Source: Stylophora pistillata (lineage: Eukaryota). From it: DNA of 64,000 nucleotides. Every line of letters starts with the position of its first letter. Position 1 is the first letter of the stretch. A program made the position numbers and the translations under genes. The notes beneath the pieces are model-generated. The model was not told the DNA's origin. It did not search any database and saw only the letters and a program-made list of their open reading frames with translations. The DNA is taken from NCBI RefSeq assembly GCF_002571385.2, contig NW_019217855.1, forward strand, positions 179,948-243,947. The letters are read 5' to 3'. Below, in pieces: positions 24,701 to 37,897 of the stretch.

Positions 24701-27700
24701 TACACTGGTTTGGGAGTAAGGAAATAGATTGACCTTCTTACACTAGTTTTGGAGTAAGGAAAATTTTAGAGGTTTATTTCTAACTTTATTGCCTGTACAT
24801 GCCTTTATTGTTGATCATGCTGATATGCTGATAAGGTAGTAATAGTATTTAACTATGACATTTGTTTGTGACTGATTTTAGCTTCTTCCTGGAGAAAAGC
24901 ATGTTGCTGTATTTTTTAAAGATGATGAGTCAGAAATCCAATCAGATTTGTGTTCAGCTGCTGCAGACTCTGAGTATCTTGTTTGAAAACATCAGAAATG
25001 AGACATCTTTGTGTGAGTAGATAGAATGGTATTTCTTGTTTCATTCTATAGATAAGATATATGGGTTATTGACCAAGACCAACTGTGAGGTCAAGATGGT
25101 TGGATATTGGCTGAGTTCTTTTTTTTTTGTGTTTTTGTGGACTGAGATGAAGTGAAGATCCATAAAAAAAGAATGAGGTTAATATCTTACCACCGTGACA
25201 GAACAAGCTTGGTCGATGAAAGATCTACAATATAGGAGACATGTTTTTCTTTAATTAGTGAGAATCAAGAATGACCTACTAGTTATTTTCAAGTGCTAGG
25301 AAAGAAAGCCAATTGTGATGGTGCCCCTTGTTTTTTCATTAGACAAGTTGAAAAATAAACTGGCTTGATAGGTTTTCTTTGCGTTTATAAAAAATTTCGA
25401 CAGAAGTAAATACAGTTCTTGCTTGGATTTTGGAGAATTTTTAAAAAAGATGCACAAGCCATGTTTGTACTTTTTGAATAAGTGTAATATTGATTCACCT
25501 TTGTGATTCAATTTTTTATTCAGTTTGGAATAATGTATGGATTGTTGTCAGTGGAAATAATTACCTGTTGTTGTAGATATCAGAGGCACTGCCCTTTTTT
25601 TTGTTTAACAGATTATTTGTTATCCAATAACAATGTCAACTCCATTATAATCCACAAGTTTGATTTTTCTGATGAAGAGGTAAGATCTTCAGAAGCAAAA
25701 ATTCAGTGCTTTGGTAGGTTCATTTAATTTCTTTGGCTTAACTGTTCTGTCTATACACTGTACATGTAGTTTTCATTCCAGAGATCATTTGGTCTCAAAA
25801 GTAATGTCCACTCTTCCTATGACAGAGGAGACATGGTGACCAAATGATAAGAGCAATGGACTCCAGGTGGAGCATTCTGGGTTCACGATCTTGCGAGATC
25901 ATTGTGTTATGTTTTTTGGGGTAAAATACTCTTCTTTTCACAGTGCCCCTCTTCAGTATGAATGGGTACCAAGTATATTGAACTTGTATTCAGACCTTAA
26001 CAGCTCGGGAAATTTTCGAAATTTATTTCTGCACTCCTTCTTTCTTATGAGCATGTGAAGTCAAACTGGAATAAACAAATTACACTAATTGCTTTTAAGG
26101 CACTGTGCCGTAATGTTCTTGAGCTAATTGTACTTACAATTCTGTATTCCTTTCCCTTTCTTTAACCTTGTGTTCCCATTACGATTTTCGAAACTCATGT
26201 TCATTTTTATAGAGAAATGTCTCCAGGGATATTACATAACTTAAAATAATTTCGTGCAAAACACCAAGTAATTGTCCGAGAAACCTGATGAAATACTGGG
26301 GGAGAGGGGGGGAACCTTGCAGTAGATTTTCATCCAGTCGAGGGGGAGTAAATATTCTCCCATGTGGTTTTTGCATGTGTTTTGAGTCAAGTACCTCTGA
26401 CTTGTACTCGAGGTGCCGCATGGGCCACTTGACTTGAGTACAGACTTTACCTTACGTACTTCCCAATGACAAGTGTACGGGGACTTTGGTGTATGTACTG
26501 TACAATTTCATAGAAATGAACTGTACTTTGTTCAGATTTAGGGCTTCCATTTGCTACTTTGTTGTGTAAGCTGCTCACTTTTGATAAATAATGTGCCTCT
26601 CTGCATAACTGACAACATTGATCTAATATTAACCAATTTTAACACAACTGGCAATGGACTGGTATTTCCTTCCAGTTTGGGTAGAGTGTGTATGCAGTGA
26701 GTGTATGCAGTGAGTATATGCAGCTCCTGTCTGAGTTACTTTGTATGGCTAGCTGGAAGATCCAGCAATACGAAGTGATCTCATCTTCATGCCCTTTTTT
26801 GTCAGGTATTAGCATACTATATTTCATTTCTGAAGACATTGTCACTCAAGCTTAACAGACATACAGTTCATTTCTTTTTTAATGAGGTGAGGATCATTTG
26901 AATCCTTTTATTTCCAAGGCTGAAAAAAAAGTGCAATAAATTAACTTTTAATACCAGAAATGTCATATTTTCTGGGAAAGATAGACCACAAATGCAAATT
27001 GTCTGCTTTAGTACTTCAAATGTAATACAAAATTTTACTTTAAGACAAAAAAGGAAATGAATGGAAAAATGCAAATTTTTTTGTAATGTGCAACAACTTT
27101 AAGCTAAAAAAATTATATACAGTCACAGATGACTCTACCTGCAAAGTTATGAGCAAAGACCAGTTTTCTTCATTGTATAATTTGTCTTCATAATTGTGAA
27201 GTTCACTTTATCTTGTTGTGTAGCACAAGAATGATTTTCCTTTATACACTGAAGCCATCAAGTTCTTCAACCATTCTGAGAGTATGGTTAGGATAGCTGT
27301 AAGGACTCTAACTCTAAATGTCTACAGAGGTAACACTTTTATTGCTTTTGTTGATAAGTGAGTTAGTTAATAATTGTAAGAGTTATTGATAGTTATATGG
27401 GGTTCATATGGGGTTAACAGTTAGGGGTTCAGTTTTAGCATTAGTTCAATTTTTATTTCCTTTATTTCAAATGTATTTCCATCAAACTGAAGTGATGAAT
27501 GAAATACTCTAGTTAACACAGAAATTACAACATGCATTTAAGAGAAGTTGGTATCCCTGTGTAATTGTGTCTGAGATAGCAGTGTGTAAGATATAATTTT
27601 TGAAATTGGCTCCTTTTGATATGCTGGATATGCTGTGTTCTATTGCAGTTGGAGATAAGAATATGCTTGGTTTCATTCGCGACAAAACAGCAGATCCATA

Positions 27701-30700
27701 TTTTTGGAACCTGGTGTGGTTTATTGGTAATCACGCTATTGAACTTGACAACTGTGTTCTTAAAGAGTCTCAGTAAGTGATCTTTTAAAAGTAATTGAAC
27801 TAATATTTGTAATCCTTACAGCTAAAATGTCTGCATGAAATTGAGTGTAGGTAGATGTTGAACAGTTTACTAATGAGTAGAACTCCTATACAGGATGTTT
27901 AACATGTATTTCTTGTCAAGATTAGAGATGACTGATAACACAGTACACAGTCATACAATAGTAAATAAATGTTATTAATGTCCTGACAATCTTTGACTTG
28001 CCTGTTAAAAAAAGGGTAAAGTTGACTCTTGTTGAGATGTCCTATAACTTAATTTCTGTTTAAACTGTTAACTGCACTTTTCAATAACATAAATTAAATT
28101 ATGAAAAATTTCAGCCACTTGAAATGCGACAGACTGAAGGACTTGGTTGCTGAGCATTTAGATCATCTTCACTACCTTCATGACATTTTGTCACTTAACA
28201 TCCAAGATGTGAATATTGTGTTAACGGGGCATTTTATCAACCGTCTGTTGATTCCACTGTACATTTACTCTTTGGTGCGAAAAAGACCTGATCTGGAGCA
28301 GGTATGTACAGAATGAGTCATACTTAAGTACTGAATAATCATGAAATATTTCCAGCTTTCATGTATATTGAAATTGTATCTTTCTTTTCTAAATTGAATG
28401 CAGTGCATATCCCCTAAAAATTATGATGTTGGAACTGATTCATTTCAGACATAAGGTCAATGTAGCTTTAACCATTTACACCCTAACATCAGTATGCATA
28501 TTCTCCATACTGTTCTCTATACATTTCCTAAGGTGCTGACAAGGAGAATTTGTTTAACAATCAAGAGCTCCTTGAGTTGGCAACCATTTCCTTTATTCTC
28601 ATGACCTTAATTTTTGATTCAGCGCTGATACTTTTGGGAGAAATTAGATGTCTATCACTTTTAGGGATGAATGATTATCTTCTGTTGGTGAAGTTGATTC
28701 ACTGAAGATTAGAATAATGAATTTATTACACTGCAAGTAATTTTTGTATTCTTGTTCATAGGATACTCCTCGTCTTGGCCTGATGGTAGCTCTTTTCCTT
28801 CTTTCTCAAGTAAGTAGCAAACATCTGCAGTGTAATAATGCATGGCAATATTTTTTTTGTACCCCATGGATAAGTGTTTTTGGGTCAGTAGTGGAAGATA
28901 ATGTTTTCTACAGAGGAGAGATACTTATTGAATTCATTTTTATCAGGTCTGCAGTGGAAGTGAGTTTTCTTGGTTGATGTAGCATCTTCTAATGGAAGTA
29001 TTTTTAACAGAAACTCACATTCTGGAGTGGATATAGATGTGAATTTTTTTAAATTGAATCACAACACATGCACAAAAAAATTTGCTGCACTTATCATGTA
29101 TATATGCAAAGCTAATTAATATTTATTTTTCTATTTCTTGTACTTTCAGATACTTCTCATCATGTCTCACCCACCACTGGTTTCTAGTCTGGTTGATGTG
29201 CTCGTTAATGGTGATGAGGTTGCCTCAGGAAGTACCCCAGAGGATTCCCCTTTACCTCTTAGAAAGGTGAGATCTGATATGTGATAGCCATTTGTAAAAC
29301 ACACAAAAAATCTAAGAGGTTATTGTAATAAAGTAGCTAAGGAAATTAAAATTCACTTAACGGTGTTCAATTACTGAGACAAATTAAGGTCCTTTTCTAG
29401 GCATGTTCTCTGAGTAATTCAGCTGCAAGTGTAAGAACCTTCCAGAGGCCTGAAGAAACACTGGAGGAGTCTTTAGTAGCTCTTGGAGTAAACACAGAAG
29501 GTTATTCCTTCCTTGGGAAGACATCATCTTTGGGTCCGTTGTCCAGGGGAAGATCCTTGCATGTGGCAAACTCCAAGTTTTATGTAAAAGGTATGTGTTT
29601 GACTTAAACCAAGGTATCATTTTGGACAATTTTGGGAAAGATTCAGTGAGTTTTTTTTTTTAATCTCATCACTGCCTGAGCCTGTCCCAGTTTCTGCAGC
29701 TCTAAGCAGTGAAGAGTAATGGCTCTGTGCTTCTTCTTGATGTTATGCCAGGGTACAACCAGAATTTTTGATTCCTTGAACGGTTTGCCAGTTATTTTCC
29801 AGGGTATGGAGAGGGGCCTAGTAATTTTAAATCTTTGTTTTAAGTATTTTAGGATGCTGTGTAGGTTTGATTGAAATGTTAACAATGACTGTTGTAAGAC
29901 ATAATTGCATTTGGAAAGTGTGCTTTGCAAGCACTAATGCCATAGCTTAATAATAATGCAGTAATTGTAACAGTACTGGCATGTATGATGTAAGATGATG
30001 TTTTGTAAACAATTAACTGCATAGTTGCTCAAATGATCATAAATCTAACATATACTATATTAATTGCTGGTGTAACAGGCTTATTTCATTAACACTTATT
30101 AGTTTACAAGGATTAATATTTCTATTTGTCCTACTTGTCGCTGAAACCCCTCTTTTTTGATCAGTTTGAACAGTAAAACCTCCATTTCTTCCAAGTGCCA
30201 TCTCACAATTGCAAGACAACATCTAGAGATTTTTTTTTTTTTCTTGTGGAAGAGGACGATGATGGGTTTCTGAAATTGACATTTGAGGAAGTTTTCCTTC
30301 CTATCTATAATGCTTGCTGCCCCCTTTGTCCTCATGAAGTACAAATTCACTAAGCAGTTGCAAAAATTGCATTCAATGCTTGAATCAAGGTGTGAGTATC
30401 ACTACTTGGCACAGTTAGCAGAAGCCCAGTGGTGCCAACTTCATTGTCAATGAATGCAATAATCTGGAATTTTCATCTTACATCAGACAATGATAGAAAG
30501 CAAGGTGATGAAATAGCACCCATATCTAGCAGAGAGAGATTAAATTCTGGAAAGATAAATGCATCTAGAAAAGATGGTAGGTAATATGACTACAGACAGG
30601 GTTACAGTAAGTAGGCTTAGCATGTTGATGAAGGGCTAACACTTCAAACTTCAGCATTAAAAACTCTTTATGATAGTCAATTTACATAATATTAATTCAA

Positions 30701-33700
30701 TTGATAAGACCTAATTATTATCCAACGACACTAAGTAGAGTACAAATAATGCTCAAATCAAGTACAAATAATCATGCAGTATTGGTTATTTTGTACCATA
30801 AAATAAACTTGTTTAACCAGTCAGCTGGGCGTTCTATGCTTCTCTATCTACTTTGCATTTCCCACCTTATGAGAAATGCACATTAGATAAAGTAGTTGGA
30901 TGACAGATAACTTGTGAGACATTTTGCCAAGCATTTTTTCTCTCTGTTTGTATTTTGACTTGCCCTATGAGCTCAAAATATGGCACAACTCATAAAAATA
31001 ACCAGCAATACTACACAACAAAAGGTCCAGTAAGGTAAATTAATCTTAATATGTTGAGGTTTGTGAGACATTTTTAAACAGAAGTTAACTCTGAAATACC
31101 GCACCTTACCTTTTTCTAAATAAAGTTAAGCTTACAGGCTAGGACACACTAGGTGACGTATGCTGTAACGGGTTTCTTCAATGACCAGCTTGGTGTATTT
31201 TGCTTCTAATGCACATTGAGACTTCTTTTATGGGTGTAATTGTTGCACTAATTCAAACCTGTATGAATTTGTGCAACTTTTGGTGCTGATAAAATGCTGT
31301 GTTAGGACAAAGGTTTCCACAAAAATTATCTATGTCACAAGTAACAAATGGTTGCCACTGCTTGTCCTGGTGTTTTGGCCCCTTGACTTGTGATATCTGG
31401 ATGCAGTGTGGCCAGGTCCCCCCCCTCCTCTCACCGAAAAAAAATATCAGCAAAGGCCTTAATTGGTCTCTATTAAGATACTTCCATCCGTCATTTTTCC
31501 CAAGTTTCATTTTGTTTTTTTTTTTTTCATTCTGAAGGTCAGGTGTCACTGTTGATGCCTTGCTAAGCTAAATGCGCCGTTTCATTTGTTAGATCTAAAT
31601 ATCTTTTCTCCTTACTGTCAACCACCCATTTGCAATAATCTTGGTTTTGAGAATTTGGTATTAAATCAAAAAGATTTCCCCGAGGGGAAATAAGCACATA
31701 TCTCGCAAACGAAATGCATTCATTTTTGTTTCCATTGCAGCTGATCTAAATCCAGTCCAAGTTCCACTTCTTCAGACTCCGCTCGGACAGGGGACTGATA
31801 GCGAGTCTGACACAGACTCATCCTCCGGTTTCTCCACTCCTGTTGCTACTTCAGGGGAGAGCACTAAAGAAGAACCGACCACAGAGAAACGTCCTGAACA
31901 CGGTAATGTTATAGCTTAAGGATTTTTTTTTTTTAATTCAGAACAAAGGTTTATGGTACAATGAACCAATGAGAACTCAAAGTTAATACATATAAAGGAA
32001 CCCAAAGGCGGGAAAACTCAAGTGACCGAGACAATTGAAAATTGCATTATGATGGAGAGGAAGAACTGATTTACAGTATACATTGATTTATTTCTGCTTT
32101 CTCCCTTTGTAGTTCAACAAACAGTGGCTCCAACAGATCATTCATACGGAGTACAGGTACGGTGCGAGAACGACGTATTCTGTCAGTGTACTTAGCCAGA
32201 GAAGCTGCACAAAGTTTAACTTCTGTAAAGGGATTTAAATACTTGTGGGTTTTTGGCGACTCATACTTTCAGTGCGTTTGAAGGAAACCTCACATTTTCT
32301 ATACTCTTCTCACTGTCCCGTTTCAGAGTGTCATTCAAAGACCCAAGGAATTCCAGCCAGACAGGTAAAAATAACCTCTTGTGTTCAACTTCCCTGTGTA
32401 TGACAAGGAATTCCAGCCAGACAGGTAAAAATAACCTCTTGTGTTCAACTTCCCTGTGTATGACAATGGATATTGTCGAGTTGTAAAATGCTATAAAATG
32501 CATTACACACAAGACCAGCGGAAAGGTCCCCACTAGTCCTTATACATGACGTACCTACTCAATAAGGGAGACTGATTGTCTTGATCAACCTCGCCTTAAT
32601 TGAATTCAACCATGCAAAATTTCCAACTGTACTTGATTGGTTCTTGGCATTAGGAAGTGTGCCAGAGTTTTGTTCTGAACACCTGCTTGTTGTGTGTTAG
32701 TTATCGGGGTTGCAGTGTTGAGAGCTGGAGAGTTTACTATTGTGTCCGATGTTTTAGGATGTTTCTTGAAGCAATCCAAGAAAGTTTAGACTGCAGTGAT
32801 AACGACGAGGAGGCACTGTTTGCGATTTGTTTGCTGTATGCAGCTATTGGTAATAAGGGTAAGTCAACTTTTCCCCTAACCTTTCAAGTATCTGTTACGT
32901 ACGCATAGAGTGTCAAGGAATTAGAAAAAAATTCCGTCACCCTCTCCCACCGTCAACAATACAAACGATAGAAAGAAACGGAGTCTGTGCAAAATCCTTT
33001 TTTGTGACAAAATTTGAGCTAAAGTGAGGTTGAGAGAACAGAGAACGGCAAAAATCATCTGGAGTTGTGCTGATATTTTATTCAGGGGTGGGGGGCATAA
33101 GCAAAAAGTGATTTATAAATGTTGCGTGGCCATAAGGAATAAACCAGCTAGCACTGATGAAGTTTGCATTGCCCTTTATTCATACGATCTTGTAGCAGAC
33201 TGGTTCTAATATCGTCTTGGTTTTTTCAGGTGTGGATACCAACTTACTTGAATCAGCAGGACTTTCCACAGCTGAGGTGTGTGTTATCATAATCAACTGT
33301 ATCTTTAAGAGGATTTACAAGACCAAAGGTAGATAAGTGGCCAATCAGATAAAGGAAAATACGACGAGGAGCCAATAAGAACGCATGATATAAACCAGCA
33401 AAAATTGCCAGAAGCGCGGGAAAACGTTAAAGTTAGCGACCCAATCGAGATTGGCGTAGGTCTTACGTGTGGTTGGTCGAGAGGGTGGTGTGGTTTTTAT
33501 CGACCCATCGCAGAGCGTAGTACGGCACCAAAGCCAAAGCAATCTCGAATTACCTTTGTCACTCAGTTTTGGTAAATTTTGTTGTAAGGATTCAACCTGA
33601 GATAGCGCTTGAGTAGTTTGTTTTGTTTTGTTTTTTTAATCCTACAATCATATTCCTACATTCTTCATGGGAATAATTCGCCACCACAATTTTGTGGCGT

Positions 33701-36700
33701 ATTTAGTCCTTTTTTTGTGTGTTTTTGTCTGTCCTAGAACAAAGTTCCTTACAACGAGCAACTTGTAGAAAGCCTCATCAGAATGTTGGAACTTGGCTAT
33801 CGAAATGGTGAGTCGGAGGTTTCAATTTTTTTTCTTGCAGTTTTAAATAAACTTATCTTGTAGTTTTAAATAAACTTATCCCATTCACGTGTTTGGGCCT
33901 CTGCGCTTCTGGTGAGTTTTTCATTCCTCTGTCTTTAACCGTGATTATATTTTAGTTGATTCTTTGGCTCGCTTTTCAATGTTGGAGGTATTAAAGTTGT
34001 TGTCGTCTCATCCATCGTCTCGGGAACACTTGGGGAAACTTGAAAATGACTGACATTTGTACACAAATGTATTCATTTTGTAGGGAGTCAAGTGCGCGTA
34101 GTCACATTAGAGATCGCCATGATACTGCTGAAGGAACTGATTATGTATACAGTGGATGAGTCAAAGTATAGTTACCTCAACGATAGACATTTGGCACTGA
34201 TCGAGGTAGGAAACTGTGACGGCACATGTCAGACGGATTAGAATGATTTCTTTGATCAAGTTTATACCTTGGATTTTTGTTTTCTTCTGAAGCCCCTTAG
34301 GACTTTCTTTATTGATTATCACATCACAATTTAAATGTAAACTTGGACAGTTTTCCCGATTTCCAAAGGTTTTTGTAAATTGCTCCAACCAATCAAACCA
34401 ACCATCCTATGCTAGACGTTGGGGGATTTTTTTTTCTCTTGACTAAGCACATGTTACCTGCTGTCTGCGCTGAGCGCCATTTGCATGTTACCCGCGTCAC
34501 ACTTCAGGTGAACTCTGCGCCTTAGTGAAATGAAAGTCAATTGAACGTCTTCGAGTAACACTCTAAATGAAAAAAAAGGACTAAACATTCCTTTATTTGC
34601 TTTTTTAGAATGTTCGTGAGGCCAGTACGTTACAGTTGCGGCATTATTACAAGGTACAACATTAGATGACAGCTGTAATCTTTGATGCGTCCAAAGGCCT
34701 TTTGAAATAAGACTTAAACCTTACCTTACTTTTAAACTGTTATTTTGTGCATTTTCTCGATAATAGAGCATTTTCAATCAAGTGTCGATAGTAATCTGGG
34801 ATCATGACTGGTTCTGCTTTACTTCGCTTTGTGATTGGTCCAAAAAAACTCGCGCCACTCTCTCAACCAATCAGATACAAGACTAAAACCAATCACGATT
34901 TAGTCGCCCGCGTTTTCCCGCGCTTTAGACAGTTTGCCTTGTTATACTTTGAGTTCTCATTGGTTCTTATGGGTAATTTCCTTACTTCTGATTGGACGTT
35001 GTGAGTACAATATTTCATACGCAAAACTTTTTTATTTTACCTCCCAGGAGGATGAAATTTTCTTGGATATGTTTGAAGACGAGTACCGGCAAACAAAGGT
35101 GTGGCTTCGAAGTTGCCGGTTTATGTGAATTTTTTAAATTAAGGTATTATATTGGTCAGGACTGAGTAATGACAAGAATTGCAAGTACGCGAATTATTGT
35201 TTTCAATGCTAGATCATTCAGTTGAAGTTCTTCACCCTCTAATGCCATATTCTCATTTTTTTCTCCCGTTGACTGTTTTTGTAGAAGCGCTTTATCAAAT
35301 AAAGAGAATTTCAAACAAATTCTGCGGCCATTTTCCCTGAATTTATCCCTTTAAATGTTGGGATAGTGAGTAAGGAAAGCTTAGGCATGTGCATTAAGCT
35401 GTAGTCTCTGGTTGTTTTTAACAAGTCTGCTCGACATAACACACGAACGTGGTAGAGATGAATTAATACAATTACTTTCTTCAACCAGGTAAAGCCTCTC
35501 AACGTGCAACACTTGATGATGGACGCAACGCTACTCCTTCCAGTTACGGGAACACCGCTGACTGGAATTGAGTTTTACAAGCGTCTACCATGTGGTGAAG
35601 TGGAACACACTCGAAGGGTGAGTCCAGTGACATTTTATTTTTAACTGTTTTCGGCGACGTTAGTGCCTCCAATCATGTGAATTGTCAAAACGGTGGGGAG
35701 CGAGGAGGGGTTTGATATCGATTCCCTGGGGAAAACTTTTGCCCATGTTTGGTTTGTGACATTGGAGAGGAGTACTTTGTTTTATTGAAATTAAATGGAA
35801 GTTATACTTGTGTTTTGTTCTTACACGAAGCTCTCATGTACTCAAATAGGCCATATCCTCATAAGCCACGTACTTTTCAAGTTTGAAAGCAGCTTCAATA
35901 TATTTGCAGGCAATTCGTGTGTTCCTGCTCATGAGAGACCTTTGCTTAGCATTACTGGGGAAGAAAGAACAGCAACTACCTCTATCAAAAGTTGAAAACT
36001 CCGTCCGTTTGGAAGACGTCCTGGATTTAAGTGAGTGTCATACTAAAATAAGGTTATATGACTGTCACTTTGGTACGCGCCGATCAAAACAGTGAAAATG
36101 ATGTGGAAAGCATCTAAATGTTCTTCTTTTCCGATCTTTAGATAACAGTGATCTGATTGCTTGTACAGTAAAGACAGAGGACAAGTAAGTTACTTGCACA
36201 AGCTTAAGAACTAAGAATGCCCAAAGTGAGATTTCGCGCGAGACGTGGTGGCCTAATGGCCTGTGCGCGCGTGCGCGTGCGCTTGACTCTGGATCAAATA
36301 TCGTGGCCACGTCCTTGTATTCTATTCTTGGACAAAACACGAAACTCTCAACTTACTTCTTCATCCAAAAAGCCCGTTTATAGTAAAATGATTGTTGTCT
36401 GTTTGTTTTTGTTTATTTTTTGTTTTGTTTTGCTTTTGCAGGCAGCAGCGCCGTTTCCTTGTAATAGACGAGGCCCAGTTTATACTGGTTGAACCAGACA
36501 CCACCAAGCTAGGGTGGGGTGTGGTCAAGTTTGTCGCCAGACTTCAAGTAAGAAAGTTTGGTTGTTTGCCATCCTTTCCTCATATTTTATTTGTGACCAT
36601 CTTTGTGCGCATCTCCATTGAAGAGACTGCTGGGTGATTTTGAGCTTCATTGATTTGTATTAAGAAGTATACCCCTCCTACACCTCCCTTACGATATTCT

Positions 36701-37897
36701 CGATACTCAGTGAGCAGATTTAAGAAAGGAGTCATTGCTACGAGAGCGAATAAAAGTGTTTTTAAAATGCATCAGTAATAAAACTCCAGTAACCCATAGA
36801 GGGTGTGTTGCTCTGTGCCTGCCCCCTTCACGGCAAGGCATCCCTAAAGCCCCACGAGCCCTCTTTGTCAGATAAGTTGTATGTTTTGGTCATAGTAACA
36901 CGGTTTTTATTTTGGGTATTAGGATGTAGAGACCGCTCCCGATAAGGAGGACAGTCGCTCTTTATTCATCACCATACACCAGCCCAGCTCGGCCCGCAGC
37001 CTCACCAAGGTCCGCTCTCGTCCCATCTTGTTTGCCAAATTCATCTTTGATGATTATATTCGTTGCATGTCCGCTAAGCAGCGCCTTCAGAGGCGGCGAA
37101 CAATGCTTAGACAGCATAAACTGCACTGCATAGCTCAGCTGTTAGAGCTGCCAGCCATGGCTTCCCCTCCATCACACTATTACTCCATTACACCTCCAGC
37201 GTACGTTAATTTAGGCCCAGGACAGCTCGAATCATCGACAGATTCTCAAACAAATGCGTCCGTGAATGAAGATGTAGATGGACCCGAGCAACCTCAAACG
37301 CATGCGCAGTCGACAAGTGATACGTTACATGATGGCGCTCAGGCGTCTTTCCCTTCAGCCATGCTTACGCCCGAACAGTGTTTGTCACCAGTCCACGGCG
37401 ATGGACGACGAACAACTTCTCAAGCTGAAGCGTTGGCGAGCGTTCTCGAGCAGTCACCTCCCCCTAACAAAACGACTGTAGCTCGCACCATGTCGGTGGA
37501 AGAGGCAGCAGAAGCCATAGAAATGGAAGCTACCAACTCGGTGCTTCAATCTGTTAAAGAAAATCGCTCATTCGGCGAGTCCTCGACTGAAGAACACATG
37601 TCGCGCTCACAGTCTGCAGAAAATCTACGGCTCTTAACTACCAGGCGAAATCCAGTGTCACTGTCTGCCCCTGCCACACCCCGTGGGGATAGACGCTCTC
37701 AACCAATCACTTTGGAAGAGGAGGAAGCCTTAGCAAAGTTGTATACCCAGAACTCAATGTCTGAGCCCGCAATATTTTTCTCTGGTCAGTATGACCCACC
37801 GGCGGCACCCGTCAATAAACCTGTCGAAAGAAAACCGAAAAGGACTGGAAACAGAAGAAGTACACAGAAAGGAAGAGGAAGACAACGGAAGAGATGA
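21755..37897 (+). CDS. CLEC16A: Protein CLEC16A (FPL domain, endolysosomal/autophagy regulator); ~26 coding exons
   Basis: Exons 21755-21831, 22093-22221, 24882-25012, 25612-25679, 26806-26886, 27224-27329, 27649-27772, 28115-28301, 28762-28809, 29150-29266, 29401-29590, 30487-30576, 31741-31902, 32113-32156, 32327-32364, 32758-32858, 33230-33276, 33738-33807, 34084-34205, 34609-34653, 35048-35098, 35489-35617, 35910-36030, 36142-36184, 36442-36547, 36923-37897. Diagnostic peptides: [128 protein letters not shown]. The middle low-complexity exons are less certain. Confidence 0.94.
23047..23297. mobile_element. tRNA-related short retroposon with internal inverted arms
   Basis: Pol III B-box GGTTCGAATCC at 23175-23185; inverted arms 23104-23145 and 23250-23291; 12-bp TSD ATAGTTATATAT (23035-23046 / 23298-23309). 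Confidence 0.7.
23828..24720 (-). mobile_element. LINE (CR1/L2-type) 3' fragment, decayed ORF2 C-terminus
   Basis: Minus-strand peptides: [44 protein letters not shown]...[22 protein letters not shown] lies near the 3' end. Confidence 0.75.
24377..24476. mobile_element. Short derivative of the 23047 retroposon inserted in the LINE
   Basis: Same GATACAATGAATATATGAAGTTCATATATTTTGAACTGCG start; 15-bp TSD ACATATCTAAGTATT (24362-24376 / 24477-24491). Confidence 0.8.
32344..32463 (+). repeat. Exact 60-bp tandem duplication spanning a CLEC16A exon end and splice donor
   Basis: CAAGGAATTCCAGCCAGACAGGTAAAAATAACCTCTTGTGTTCAACTTCCCTGTGTATGA occurs twice. Confidence 0.9.

Noticed and set aside
27492-27574. 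GTGATGA...CTGA pair in a CLEC16A intron as a C/D snoRNA
   Set aside because: No convincing terminal stem, internal boxes or recognisable rRNA guide.
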